Part shown: positions 51,698-61,441 of the stretch, in pieces
Position numbering within the stretch: the stretch's first letter is position 1
How the letters are laid out: the number at the start of each line of letters is the position of its first letter
NCBI GenBank assembly: GCA_030696105.1
Contig: JAUYNJ010000004.1
Location: 13,872 to 77,871 of the forward strand
Direction: 5' to 3'
From: a bacterium
GTDB taxonomy: Bacteria > Patescibacteriota > Patescibacteriia > Patescibacteriales > UBA12465
Length of the DNA stretch: 64,000 nt
Translations under genes and position numbers: made by a program
The notes under the pieces: model-generated
What the model was told of the DNA's origin: nothing
The model's input: only the letters and a program-made list of their open reading frames with translations
Databases searched by the model: none

Positions 51698-52507
51698 TTA
51701 GCCTCTCAGCTTCGAAACGGCGAGCGCGCCAACGAAGAGAAAGAAGCCAGACAAAACAATACTTGCGCCAGCCGGTAGGCTGAAAACAAGAGCGGCCGCT
51801 AAGCCAACCCAGACGGCGAGCATGGCAAATACCCCGGAACCAAACAAGGCTTCTTTAAAATTGCGGGCATTCTGCAGTGAAGCTGCAGCCGGCAGAATTA
51901 ATAGAGCGGAAACAAGCATGACGCCAACCGCTTTCACGGCGACAGCAACAGTGAGCGCGGTGAGAATTAATAAGACGTTATTTAAAGCCTCAACTTTCAC
52001 TCCCATAGCCTTCGCTGATACTTCGTCAAAGGCAAGGGCGAAAAGAGGGCGATAGTAGACGATGATGAAAGTCAAGGCCAGCAGAGTTAAAGCAGCGAGA
52101 AAATATAACTCACCCCAGCTCACCGCCAGCAAGCTCCCAAAAAGGTAACTAAAGAGATCAACGTTGAAACCTTGAGCAAGGCTGGCGATAACAACGCCGC
52201 CGGCGACGCCGACGGCGGACACGATGCCAATGGCCGCGTCACCGTATAGCTTTGAACGTGTGCCTAATTTAAAAATGAAAAAGGCAGCAATGACTGTTAA
52301 CGGGACAGAGATGTAGAAAGGATATAGTCCAAATAAAAGGCCAAGGGCAACGCCCCCAAAACTGACGTGCGCCAAACCATCGCCAATTAATGATAGTTTA
52401 CGCAACACTAAAAATACACCCAAAACACCCGCCAAAACCGCCACTAAAGACCCAGCGATGAGTGCCCGAATCAAGAAATCATATTGGAAAAAATTGAGGA
52501 GCTCCAT
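51698..52507 (-). CDS. metal (Zn/Mn) ABC transporter permease
   Basis: 269 aa. ABC-3 family-like polytopic protein. Last gene of a three-gene operon. Confidence 0.85.
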   Translation of the reverse strand: MELLNFFQYDFLIRALIAGSLVAVLAGVLGVFLVLRKLSLIGDGLAHVSFGGVALGLLFGLYPFYISVPLTVIAAFFIFKLGTRSKLYGDAAIGIVSAVGVAGGVVIASLAQGFNVDLFSYLFGSLLAVSWGELYFLAALTLLALTFIIVYYRPLFALAFDEVSAKAMGVKVEALNNVLLILTALTVAVAVKAVGVMLVSALLILPAAASLQNARNFKEALFGSGVFAMLAVWVGLAAALVFSLPAGASIVLSGFFLFVGALAVSKLRG

Positions 52508-52510
52508 ATA

Positions 52511-53245
52511 TTAGTGATGATGCTGATGACAAATTAAATGCTGCGCAAAATCACCAAAATAATTTTGCATTTCGGCTGAATGACAGAAGTCAGCGAAGGG
52601 TCCAAAAAATATCAATTTCTCATCAAGATATAATAAAGAGCGGGCATAGCGTCCAATGTCAGCCGTGTCATGTGTCACCATCAGTATCGCCATATTCTTT
52701 TCCTTGTTCGCTTTTGCTAACATCGCAAAGAACTTTTCACGTACAACTGGGTCGAGTGCGGTCGTCGGCTCATCGAGAATAAGTAAGCGCGGCTCACGAA
52801 TTAAAGCGCGGGCCAGTAGCACCCGTTGCTGTTGTCCGCCCGACAAACGCGTAAATAAGCGATTCTCTTTCCCGTCAATGTCGAGCTCATGCAAAATTGC
52901 TCTCGCCCTGACTTTCGCCTCAGCAATATTTACGCTCGTAAGACCGCTAGCCACGACTTCTAAAACACTCGCCGGAAATAAAGGGTTGTGTTGTCTTTCC
53001 TGTGGTAAATAGGCAATCTTATCCCACTGCGAGAAGCTTGAAAGATCTTCACCGAATAACTCAATCTTACCAGCACTGACTGGCGCGAGACTAAGGAGGG
53101 CTTTCACTAAACTTGTCTTCCCGGCCCCGTTTGGTCCGGCCAAGCCAATATAATCGCCTTCATTAATCACAAAAGACACGTCCGCCACGGCTGGGCGTTC
53201 GCTATAGGCAACGGAGAGATTGTCGACTTTAATAATTACTGACAT
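52511..53245 (-). CDS. metal (Zn/Mn) ABC transporter ATP-binding protein
   Basis: 244 aa. Walker A GPNGAGKTS, signature LSGGQQQR, Walker B LLILDEP, His-rich C-terminus HLICHQHHH. Confidence 0.9.
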   Translation of the reverse strand: MSVIIKVDNLSVAYSERPAVADVSFVINEGDYIGLAGPNGAGKTSLVKALLSLAPVSAGKIELFGEDLSSFSQWDKIAYLPQERQHNPLFPASVLEVVASGLTSVNIAEAKVRARAILHELDIDGKENRLFTRLSGGQQQRVLLARALIREPRLLILDEPTTALDPVVREKFFAMLAKANKEKNMAILMVTHDTADIGRYARSLLYLDEKLIFFGPFADFCHSAEMQNYFGDFAQHLICHQHHH

Positions 53246-54207
53246 TTTAAACCTAATCTTAATTTCTCTAGATTCTCCCTCATAATGTGCTCATATGTCA
53301 AGCCAGCGCGTATATCTTCGCGACTGAGATTATGGGCCGAGTTTAAAGTGAGAATTGAAACCTTGGCCTCGGCAGCGAGCGCGTTCGCTAAATTACGACT
53401 ATCCGTTTCCTCGGTGAACACGTATTCGGCTTTTTTATCTCGCAGTAAATTCGTGAGCTCAATTAAACGTGCCGGACTGCTTTCAGCATCTGGTGAAAAG
53501 CCTTGCGCCGCTTCGTGTTGCAGATTATAGCGCTTGGCTAAATAGCCGAAGGCAAAGTGCCCTGCATAAACTAAGTCCTTATGCTCACAATTGCTCAGTC
53601 CTGTCTGATAATCATTATCAAGTGCTCCCAGGCGCGCCTTGTAGTCTTCGTTGCGGGCATTATAGTATTCAGCATTCTCGGCATCAATTTCAGAAAGTTT
53701 CGCCGTTAAACGATCAGCCGCGCTCGCCATAACGGTAAAATCAAGCCAGACATGCGGATCAAGGCCAGTGTGTTCTTCCTCATTACCCTCCAAAGCATCT
53801 TCATCTTCGTGTTCATCTGTTAAGGTCGCGTAACCTTCACCTAAAGCTGATGAGGCAGGCGCACCCTTACCGAGACTGGTAATAATATCTTTCGCCCAAG
53901 GCTCAAGATAATCACCAGTATAGAGAAACAAACCAGCCCCGCCAATATTAATCATGTCACTCGGTGTGGGCTCAAAAGCGTGGGCCTCAACTCCTGGTGG
54001 CAATAGCAAACTAACCGCGACCTGTTCACCACCGATTTCGCGCGCTAAGTCATACCAAGGAAAAAGACTCGCAACGACAAATATTTTATCCTCATCGGCT
54101 GGCTTCTCTTTTTGCCAAGAAGATGAAACCCCCCAAGCGATGGCTGCGAGCATTATTAATAAAACCCCCAAATAAACAAAACGATTGCGCATATTATTTA
54201 ATTGCAT
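53236..54207 (-). CDS. metal ABC transporter substrate-binding protein (ZnuA/TroA cluster A-I)
   Basis: 323 aa. Signal/anchor sequence. Acidic His-containing loop TDEHEDEDALEGNEEEHTGLDPHVW typical of zinc-specific members. Confidence 0.85.
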   Translation of the reverse strand: MQLNNMRNRFVYLGVLLIMLAAIAWGVSSSWQKEKPADEDKIFVVASLFPWYDLAREIGGEQVAVSLLLPPGVEAHAFEPTPSDMINIGGAGLFLYTGDYLEPWAKDIITSLGKGAPASSALGEGYATLTDEHEDEDALEGNEEEHTGLDPHVWLDFTVMASAADRLTAKLSEIDAENAEYYNARNEDYKARLGALDNDYQTGLSNCEHKDLVYAGHFAFGYLAKRYNLQHEAAQGFSPDAESSPARLIELTNLLRDKKAEYVFTEETDSRNLANALAAEAKVSILTLNSAHNLSREDIRAGLTYEHIMRENLEKLRLGLKCQ

Positions 54208-54210
54208 TAT

Positions 54211-55311
54211 TTATTCAAAACGAAAGACAATTATCTCGCCAAAGCCATTCGTACGCAATGGTGGGCCCCAGGTCCCGGTGCCAGCGCTCGTGTAAGTTAG
54301 CATCTCGTTATATGTTTCGAGGCCATAGGAAAAGCGACCGTATAGCAACCAAGTCATCGCGGAGATGGGAAAAATTTGCCCCCTGTGAGTGTGTCCTGAC
54401 AGCATCAACTTTGCTTCGAGCGCCTCCGCCTCAGCCTGATCAACTGGTACGTGGTTAATAACTAAACGTGGCAAATCATTTTCAGGGCGTAAATTTGCAA
54501 TTTCACGACGCACATCACTATGTTCACGCGCGAGATAATTAAAACCGATGACTTCGATATTTTCAAATACAGCCGCCGCATCTGAGAGTAAAATAACATC
54601 ACCCTCTTCAATTAAACGCTCCATCTCACCCTCATAAATATAGTAATCGTGATTACCAGGGGTAAAGATGAGTGGCGCTTCAAAACTTTGCATCGCTGGC
54701 ACAAATTTATCCAGCTTCCCATCACTGCCATCAATTAAGTCGCCGCTGATGATGGTGAAGTTTGGCTCCAGATTATTTACCATTCCCGCAATGCGAGCGA
54801 CCCAAGCTGGTCGATAAACAGAGCCAATATGTAAGTCTGATAAATGCACGAAACTTTTACCCGACAACTCCTGCGGCCAACCGCTTAATACAATTGTTTT
54901 TACCCTCGGGTTATAGGCATTATAGGTGCCGAGTACAAATAAAATAGTCGCGATGCTTAAAGTAATGCAAGCAACGAGGCGCTTTCTATTAAGCCATGCC
55001 TGCTGATAAGGGCTTTTTATCATACTAAATACCGTAAAAAAAGCCCAATACATCGCCCCAAAAAGCATCATTTGTGTCAAAAAGCCAAACATTACCGCGC
55101 TAATGGCGTAAAGGTTGTGGATAAAATCGCCCCCTTCTCCTCGCATAATGACAAAAATTGAGAGAAAAAAGGTGGTAATTACGATAAAAAAGCCAAGAAT
55201 CCAGCGCCTATACGGAAAACTGCGCGGGTAGGCCTCTAATACGAGTCGCCAGGCGAAATAATGCCCTAATATTACCAGTGACAAAAATACTAAGAAAGAT
55301 ATAATCATCAT
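54211..55311 (-). CDS. membrane-anchored metallophosphoesterase
   Basis: 366 aa. About 5 N-terminal TM helices, then calcineurin-like motifs LSDLHIG, SGDLIDG, PGNHDY, GHTHRGQ. Confidence 0.85.
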   Translation of the reverse strand: MMIISFLVFLSLVILGHYFAWRLVLEAYPRSFPYRRWILGFFIVITTFFLSIFVIMRGEGGDFIHNLYAISAVMFGFLTQMMLFGAMYWAFFTVFSMIKSPYQQAWLNRKRLVACITLSIATILFVLGTYNAYNPRVKTIVLSGWPQELSGKSFVHLSDLHIGSVYRPAWVARIAGMVNNLEPNFTIISGDLIDGSDGKLDKFVPAMQSFEAPLIFTPGNHDYYIYEGEMERLIEEGDVILLSDAAAVFENIEVIGFNYLAREHSDVRREIANLRPENDLPRLVINHVPVDQAEAEALEAKLMLSGHTHRGQIFPISAMTWLLYGRFSYGLETYNEMLTYTSAGTGTWGPPLRTNGFGEIIVFRFE

Positions 55312-55410
55312 ATATTATTAGTTAAGATATATAGATATTAGCAGAAAATGAGCATTTTGTGAAATAAAAACAGCTTCTGGAATAGAAGCTGTTGGGTAGT
55401 GTTTTGTAAA

Positions 55411-57006
55411 CTATAATACATTGGCCGCCAATTCAGCCAGCGGACTCCGGACGTGCTGATCAAACATAACCACACGTACCAGCGGGTGGTTTCGCATTTT
55501 AGCAATAATATGTGCCAGGCCAGACGATTCACGCGTAATTCTGGGGTTATCAATTTGCGATAAGTCGCCGGTAATAATTAATTTAGTACCGACGCCAACC
55601 CTCGTGACAATCGTTTTGATTTTGTCACGACTGAGATTCGACCCTTCCTCAATGATTATTACCGCTCTCTGATATGATGCTCCCCGGATGTGTTGCAGTG
55701 GCTGAAAAGAGATTTTCTTTTCTTCAAGCATTTTCATGCCTTCATTACCAGTTGCTACGATTCTATTCGCGTCAATCAGTTTTTCCCTATTTTTCTGCTG
55801 TTTCTTCTCTTTAACACTTGAGCTCCGTGTCGTGATTAAGCTGAGGTTCTGAAAAATAGGCAATAACCAATGAGACGCTTTATTATTTACATCCCCAGGC
55901 GCAAAACCCATATCTTCATCGGGCGGACCGACGACAGAACGGGTAAGAATGATTTGGTCATACATGCCTTGAGCAACACACTCAAGTGCACCGGCTAAAG
56001 CTAACAGCGTTTTTCCGGTACCAGCTCCTCCTTGTAAAATCACACAGTGGATACTCGGGTCGAGCAAATAATGCATGGCGATAATCTGCTGCCAGTTTGT
56101 CATTCCTTTTTTTGACAAAGGCTTAATACCGGAAACGGAAAAAGTGTTCTTAAGAAAAACGAGCTTGCCCTCCTCACGCACCGCTACGAATTGCGGCTCC
56201 TGGTAAGAGTCGGTTTCCGTTAAGATAAGGACCGCGTCATTTTTTGGTAGCTTGTCCTTACTCTTAATATCATAGTACTGACGCCCATCGCCATCCATCT
56301 TGATTTCACCGCTCTTCATTTTAAAAGTTCTCAAGTTCAGCCGAGTTTTGGGAATTTTGACCTGATCTTTTTTGTATTTTTCAACAATCAGACTTGGGTC
56401 CAAACCGACTACTTTAGCAAATATAATCTCGCAGTCGTCATTTGTAATCAGCTTAACTTTGCTGTAGCCGATATATGGGCTATTTGGACTTTTGCGACTT
56501 TGAAGGACAAAGTTTACTGTTGCGAGTATGCGGTGGTCGGGTTTAGTCATGTCAAGGAACTTCATTTTTCTTTGTTCCTTTTCAATGATCAGGTTACCCT
56601 TATTTGCTGTCTGTAACGCTTGAATAGCTTTAATGGCTCTTTGCGCTTCTTCGGCGACATCAAACCTTTTCTTCAAACCATCCAGTTCCATTAGCACTTG
56701 ATAAGGGATTACCAAAAGATTGCCTCCTTTTAGTAAATCGGGTATCGCCCTATCGACTGATTCAATCAAGACATTAGTGTCGACGATAATAATGTTTTTT
56801 CCACGCCGTGACTCCACTTCCTTAAATGAAAGAGAATGCCCCGGTTTAAGAGACAAATGCCCCTTTGAATTATTTTTTTCTAAGCTCGACTGCGGCCTTG
56901 ATTCATTCGTTCGACTTTCTGGTCCGGGTTTTGCCTGCTTCGTTTTAGTGGCATTTCCTGACTGCGTGAACTGTGTTCTGCGTGGTCTCTGATTGACGTT
57001 GTTCAT
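55411..57006 (-). CDS. PIN-domain + PhoH-like ATPase fusion (PhoH2/YlaK type)
   Basis: 531 aa. PIN start IIIVDTNVLIE, Walker A LQGGAGTGKTLLAL, basic low-complexity N-terminus. Confidence 0.85.
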   Translation of the reverse strand: MNNVNQRPRRTQFTQSGNATKTKQAKPGPESRTNESRPQSSLEKNNSKGHLSLKPGHSLSFKEVESRRGKNIIIVDTNVLIESVDRAIPDLLKGGNLLVIPYQVLMELDGLKKRFDVAEEAQRAIKAIQALQTANKGNLIIEKEQRKMKFLDMTKPDHRILATVNFVLQSRKSPNSPYIGYSKVKLITNDDCEIIFAKVVGLDPSLIVEKYKKDQVKIPKTRLNLRTFKMKSGEIKMDGDGRQYYDIKSKDKLPKNDAVLILTETDSYQEPQFVAVREEGKLVFLKNTFSVSGIKPLSKKGMTNWQQIIAMHYLLDPSIHCVILQGGAGTGKTLLALAGALECVAQGMYDQIILTRSVVGPPDEDMGFAPGDVNNKASHWLLPIFQNLSLITTRSSSVKEKKQQKNREKLIDANRIVATGNEGMKMLEEKKISFQPLQHIRGASYQRAVIIIEEGSNLSRDKIKTIVTRVGVGTKLIITGDLSQIDNPRITRESSGLAHIIAKMRNHPLVRVVMFDQHVRSPLAELAANVL

Positions 57007-57180
57007 TGCGGGTTAGTATTAGTGAGACATGTTGTTAATGATCGTACTATAATCTTAGACACTCAGTCCTCTTGTGTCAAGAATAATATCTTATCCACAC
57101 ACAATTCGAAAATTGGCAATATTTACAGGAAGGGGAACGCATACTATAATAGATTGCAATGTAAAAAGTACCTTAATTAA

Positions 57181-57717
57181 ATGCTAAAAGTCATGAAAAA
57201 GCCAACAAAATTTAGGCTACTCATGGCAATTGCCGGTAGCCTAATCTTAATGATGATCGCGCTGCTCTCGCTTGAGCACTTTGGTCTGATTCGCATACCA
57301 GATATTGACAGCGTACGCCTCTACCGGCATGATCGTTTTTCTTTCGGGGCGCCTGAATATTTTCATCTGCCTCATTCTTACTCCAGGATATGGGATTTAA
57401 CCTTGCTGCCGATTTTTATCGGTTTGCTCTTGTGGTCCTGGCGTTATGCAAAACATGAGTCAAACCTCAAGCATTTATTGCTTGTGACGCTCGTATTTAT
57501 GGGGGCAGCATACTTACTCACGAGCAATATCGTGAGTCTAGTTGCCGCTCTGGTCTTCGCTGTTGTCAGTGGCTTTTCTTTTGGTCACTGGACGGCCCTA
57601 TTCATTTCGACGACACTAGGTCTAATAATCGGCCTGGTCTCCTTCGGACTGTTAATAGGATTAATTTCTAGTTTCGGCGCCTTCGCCCTATTTTCAGGCG
57701 TAAAGCGCATCCTCTAA
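57181..57717 (+). CDS. hypothetical polytopic membrane protein
   Basis: 178 aa, about 5 TM. No family recognised. Confidence 0.55.
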   Translation: MLKVMKKPTKFRLLMAIAGSLILMMIALLSLEHFGLIRIPDIDSVRLYRHDRFSFGAPEYFHLPHSYSRIWDLTLLPIFIGLLLWSWRYAKHESNLKHLLLVTLVFMGAAYLLTSNIVSLVAALVFAVVSGFSFGHWTALFISTTLGLIIGLVSFGLLIGLISSFGAFALFSGVKRIL

Positions 57718-57767
57718 AAAAAGCCTGCTATATTATTAGCAGGCTTAATTTTTTATATACTCTTTAT

Positions 57768-59231
57768 TTATTTTGACGATATCTTCCCTAAATCAAGTTC
57801 TTCGTCCATTCTAATTTGACTGACAAATTCTGGCATATGACTCACCATAATAATCGCGCCTTCAAACTCATTTATTGCCTTAGCAATAACCGGGATATGA
57901 CGGAAGTTGATGTGATTTGTCGGTTCATCCAGAATGAGTAGACCAGGCTTCATTAAGGCTAAGCGAGCAAAAGCAAGCAAACCCTTCTGCCCTTCTGATA
58001 GGGCCGCGACTGGTAGAGCGAGTACTTCACCGGTTAATAAGAAGCCGGCCGCCGTAGAGCGTAGTTCCTGCTCGCCTAAACCGTCCATCAAATCAGCTTC
58101 CAAAACTTTATAAGCAGTTTTATCAAATGGTAAGTTAGCAAAGTCTTGGCTGTAATAGCCGACTTTCACTTTCGGATTAATCATTAACCCTTCCTGAGTA
58201 CCGGCGACTAGTGCGCGTAGCAAGGTGCTTTTACCGATACCATTTGGACCAGTCACCAACATGCGTGTGCGTCGAGTCATCACCTTATTTGCGTCACACA
58301 AAACCGGCTCGTATTTTTTAATCACCCGTATTTTATCAAGTCGTACAATTTCACCAACCAAATCTTCTTGTTCTTTTATCTCAAAATCTCTAATCGTTTT
58401 GTCTTCGCGGCGCACATCAACCATATTTTCTTCCAGTTCCTCCGTCTCCTCTTTCATCTTCTGCGCAAGCTTACGCATCTTTCCGCCCTTATGAGCAAAG
58501 AAGTTAACTTTCTCTTTACGGTCAATGATTTTCTTTTCCAGCTGTGCATTCTTTTTAATTTCACGTTCAACCCGTTTACTAATCTCCTCCACTACTGAAT
58601 AATAGTCACCGACATACATTTCGGTTTGATGGGTAAAGACATCGAGGTAAATAACGCCTTCGGTGAAGCAATTTAAGAAATCGGCATCGTGAGAGATAAC
58701 AATCACAGTTTTCTCATACATGATTAAAAAACTCAACAAGTGATCAATACCCTCTTTATCTAAATTATTCGTCGGCTCGTCAAGCAGTAAAATATCCGGA
58801 TCCTGAATAAGTGCATAGGCCAAAAGTATGCGAGCCTGTTGTCCACCGGAAAGCTCACCGATAATTCGCTCAAAAGGAGCCTCAAGATTAACCGCCTCCA
58901 TCACCTTGCTAATACGGCTGCGTAAATTCGCTGGCTTTTCTTTGAAAGCAGACGCAAAATACTCTTCTAGGGTAAGAGTGAGGTGCTCGCGCGCCATTGT
59001 CTGATTTGCCGCGCCAATGCTTGGGTTGTTTGTTGTCGAGATTTTGCCGCTCTTAGGGCTAACCTCGCCCTTCATCAGCGCAAATATGGTGCTTTTGCCG
59101 GCGCCATTCTGACCCATTAGGGTAATTTTGGACCCGCGACGCACGCTAAAACTAGCCTCTTTGAGGACCGGTTTTTTCACGAGATACTCGAAAGTTACCT
59201 CATCAAATCTTAAAATCACTTCTTCTGCCAT
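57768..59231 (-). CDS. ABC-F family ATPase (two ABC domains, no TMD)
   Basis: 487 aa. Walker A GQNGAGKST and GPNGIGKST, signatures LSGGQQAR and LSEGQKGL, charged inter-domain linker. Confidence 0.88.
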   Translation of the reverse strand: MAEEVILRFDEVTFEYLVKKPVLKEASFSVRRGSKITLMGQNGAGKSTIFALMKGEVSPKSGKISTTNNPSIGAANQTMAREHLTLTLEEYFASAFKEKPANLRSRISKVMEAVNLEAPFERIIGELSGGQQARILLAYALIQDPDILLLDEPTNNLDKEGIDHLLSFLIMYEKTVIVISHDADFLNCFTEGVIYLDVFTHQTEMYVGDYYSVVEEISKRVEREIKKNAQLEKKIIDRKEKVNFFAHKGGKMRKLAQKMKEETEELEENMVDVRREDKTIRDFEIKEQEDLVGEIVRLDKIRVIKKYEPVLCDANKVMTRRTRMLVTGPNGIGKSTLLRALVAGTQEGLMINPKVKVGYYSQDFANLPFDKTAYKVLEADLMDGLGEQELRSTAAGFLLTGEVLALPVAALSEGQKGLLAFARLALMKPGLLILDEPTNHINFRHIPVIAKAINEFEGAIIMVSHMPEFVSQIRMDEELDLGKISSK

Positions 59232-59360
59232 ATCTTATTTAATAATACTTATAATTTCTCCCCTAGGATAACAAAGTTCTATAAAAAAAGCTAGTCTGAA
59301 ATCAAAAGAAGCGGCCAACAATAACCGCCTCTCTCTTCAAATCGCCCCTTTTGTTTTATC

Positions 59361-59558
59361 TTACGTACGTATTGATTTAGGCGCATCAGCAGCCACTAAG
59401 ATGGCGCTAAGACCGACCAATACGTAAACAATGCGGGAGGCAATGCTCATGTCACCGAAAATAGCGGCCACAAGGTCAAAGCCGAACAAACCGACGAGCC
59501 CCCAGTTTAGGCCGCCGATTACGAGTAGCACTAAGGCGATACTGTTTAGTGTTTTCAT
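59361..59558 (-). CDS. DUF378 family small membrane protein
   Basis: 65 aa. Diagnostic IGGLNWGLVGLFGFDLVAAIFG. Confidence 0.8.
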   Translation of the reverse strand: MKTLNSIALVLLVIGGLNWGLVGLFGFDLVAAIFGDMSIASRIVYVLVGLSAILVAADAPKSIRT

Positions 59559-59669
59559 AAATTTGTTTGCCTGCTTTATAGAAAGCGTGGCTGTTAATTA
59601 TATAAAATTGAATAATTTATCGGGGACCGCCATCCGGACTAGGACGCGATCCAGTTGAAGGATACGCGT

Positions 59670-60335
59670 TTAGCGTTCCGCCGTAATATCAACCATTAGC
59701 TGCATCTCGTCTTTAATAATAGAATCACCTAAATCTTGAAAGAATTTACCAGAACCATATTTTACACCCCAAATCGTTCTATCAATACTTAAATCTGCCT
59801 GTACCCTCACAAGGCCTTCAGCCTCACTAAGTCTGGCAATGAATGATATTGGTGCTGTAATATCTTTAATAGTGAGATTAGCATTAGCGGTGAATACACC
59901 TAAGCCCTCTTCTTTTGTCACATTGGTAATGCTTAGCTTCGCCTCTGGGTAAGTTTCAACTTGGAAAAAATCTTCACTCTTTAAGTGAGTTTCAAGTCTA
60001 TCGTTATTTTCGTCACTTTTTAAGCTCGTCATCGTGATTATAAACTCACCGCCGCTTAGTTCACCTTCAGTCACTGTAAAATTTCCGCTCTGGAGATTTG
60101 TAGTACCTTCATGTGAATTACCGATGACGCGTTCGCCGCGCCAACGAATAACTGAGACTTCAGTATCAACCAAATAAATACCGTCAGATGGAGCTGTGCT
60201 CGTTTCATTCTCATTTTCTATGACTGGCGGAGTGACAACATTCTGATTTAAATTGATTTCTCTGCCTTCAATCGTACAAGCTGACAAGGCAATTAATCCA
60301 ATGCCTAGGATGCCAATAAGGTATAGTGATCTCAT
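59670..60335 (-). CDS. YceI-like lipoprotein
   Basis: 221 aa. Lipobox LSAC. YceI-type beta-barrel motifs (F.V..G.L.G, ANANLTIKDITAPISF, DRTIWGV). Confidence 0.8.
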   Translation of the reverse strand: MRSLYLIGILGIGLIALSACTIEGREINLNQNVVTPPVIENENETSTAPSDGIYLVDTEVSVIRWRGERVIGNSHEGTTNLQSGNFTVTEGELSGGEFIITMTSLKSDENNDRLETHLKSEDFFQVETYPEAKLSITNVTKEEGLGVFTANANLTIKDITAPISFIARLSEAEGLVRVQADLSIDRTIWGVKYGSGKFFQDLGDSIIKDEMQLMVDITAER

Positions 60336-60446
60336 AAATGATGTAAATTAAATAATTAATAAGTGCGTATATTATAGCACTATACTGGTATTGACGCAAG
60401 TATCATCTATAATGTATAATACAGTAACTAAAGTAACTGTAAATAT

Positions 60447-60797
60447 ATGATAAACAATAACAAATTTAAGTGTCACGGCGCTGTGCAGGCAACTCTTGGA
60501 GCCATCGGCGGTAAGTGGAAGATCCTTATCCTTTGGCAATTACTTGAAAAAAAAATGCGTTTCAATGAACTGCAGAAAAGTTTAAAGACAATCTCACAGA
60601 AGATGCTCGCCAATGAACTACGTTCACTTGAGACCAATGGTCTAGTGCACCGGGAAGTTTATCGGCAAGTGCCACCAAAAGTTGAGTACTGGGCGACGCC
60701 ATACGGCGAGACCTTAAAACCACTATTAATGGCGATGGCCGACTGGGGTTATAAACATCAGACCAAGCAACCGAAAGTTCGAAAGATTAACAAATAA
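60447..60797 (+). CDS. HxlR family transcriptional regulator
   Basis: 116 aa. GGKWKILILWQLLEKKMRFNELQKSL winged-helix motif. Confidence 0.88.
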   Translation: MINNNKFKCHGAVQATLGAIGGKWKILILWQLLEKKMRFNELQKSLKTISQKMLANELRSLETNGLVHREVYRQVPPKVEYWATPYGETLKPLLMAMADWGYKHQTKQPKVRKINK

Positions 60798-60814
60798 GAA
60801 TTCTGACATCCCTT

Positions 60815-61387
60815 ATGTCAAAGTATTTAATTATTTACGCTAACCCGCGTCATGACGGTCACGGCGGGTATCTACTGGAACAAGTGGAGAAAGGTTTTGA
60901 AAACTATGGCGCTGACTTTGAAACTATCGATTTATACCGCATCGGCTATGATCCGGTTTTAAAAGAAACAGAATTATACAGCACTGGAAATCGTCACATC
61001 GATGCCCAAAATTTGCTGTTCCAGGAAAAGATAAAAACCGCTTCCTCCCTGCTCTTTATTTATCCAACCTGGTGGCAGGCGCCGCCTGCAATGCTTAAGG
61101 GCTTCATCGACCGTGTGTTCACGAGTGGCTTCTCCTTTACCTATGCCTACGGCCTTCCTGTTGGCTTACTGAAGAATAAAAAAGCCGCGGCCTTCACTAG
61201 TAGCGGCAGCCCTTCCTTTTATCAATTTTTCACCGGCAACCCCGCTCTAAAAGTATTATTGAAATACACTCTCGCCTTCTCTGGTATGCGTACTCGTGGC
61301 TACGCTCTCGGTCGCGCTTCAAGCTTAGAAACTAACAAGAAAGAGCTTGAAGATATTGCTAAGCGCATTGTGAAGTATTTATTATAG
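60815..61387 (+). CDS. flavodoxin-like fold NAD(P)H-dependent oxidoreductase (quinone reductase type)
   Basis: 190 aa. Flavodoxin_2-like start KYLIIYANPRHDGHGG and PTWWQAPPAMLKGFIDRVF. Downstream of the HxlR gene, a common pairing. Confidence 0.82.
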   Translation: MSKYLIIYANPRHDGHGGYLLEQVEKGFENYGADFETIDLYRIGYDPVLKETELYSTGNRHIDAQNLLFQEKIKTASSLLFIYPTWWQAPPAMLKGFIDRVFTSGFSFTYAYGLPVGLLKNKKAAAFTSSGSPSFYQFFTGNPALKVLLKYTLAFSGMRTRGYALGRASSLETNKKELEDIAKRIVKYLL

Positions 61388-61441
61388 AACCTATAATTTA
61401 AACAGGCCCACTGCTGGGCCTGTTTTTTGTTTTTCTTATCA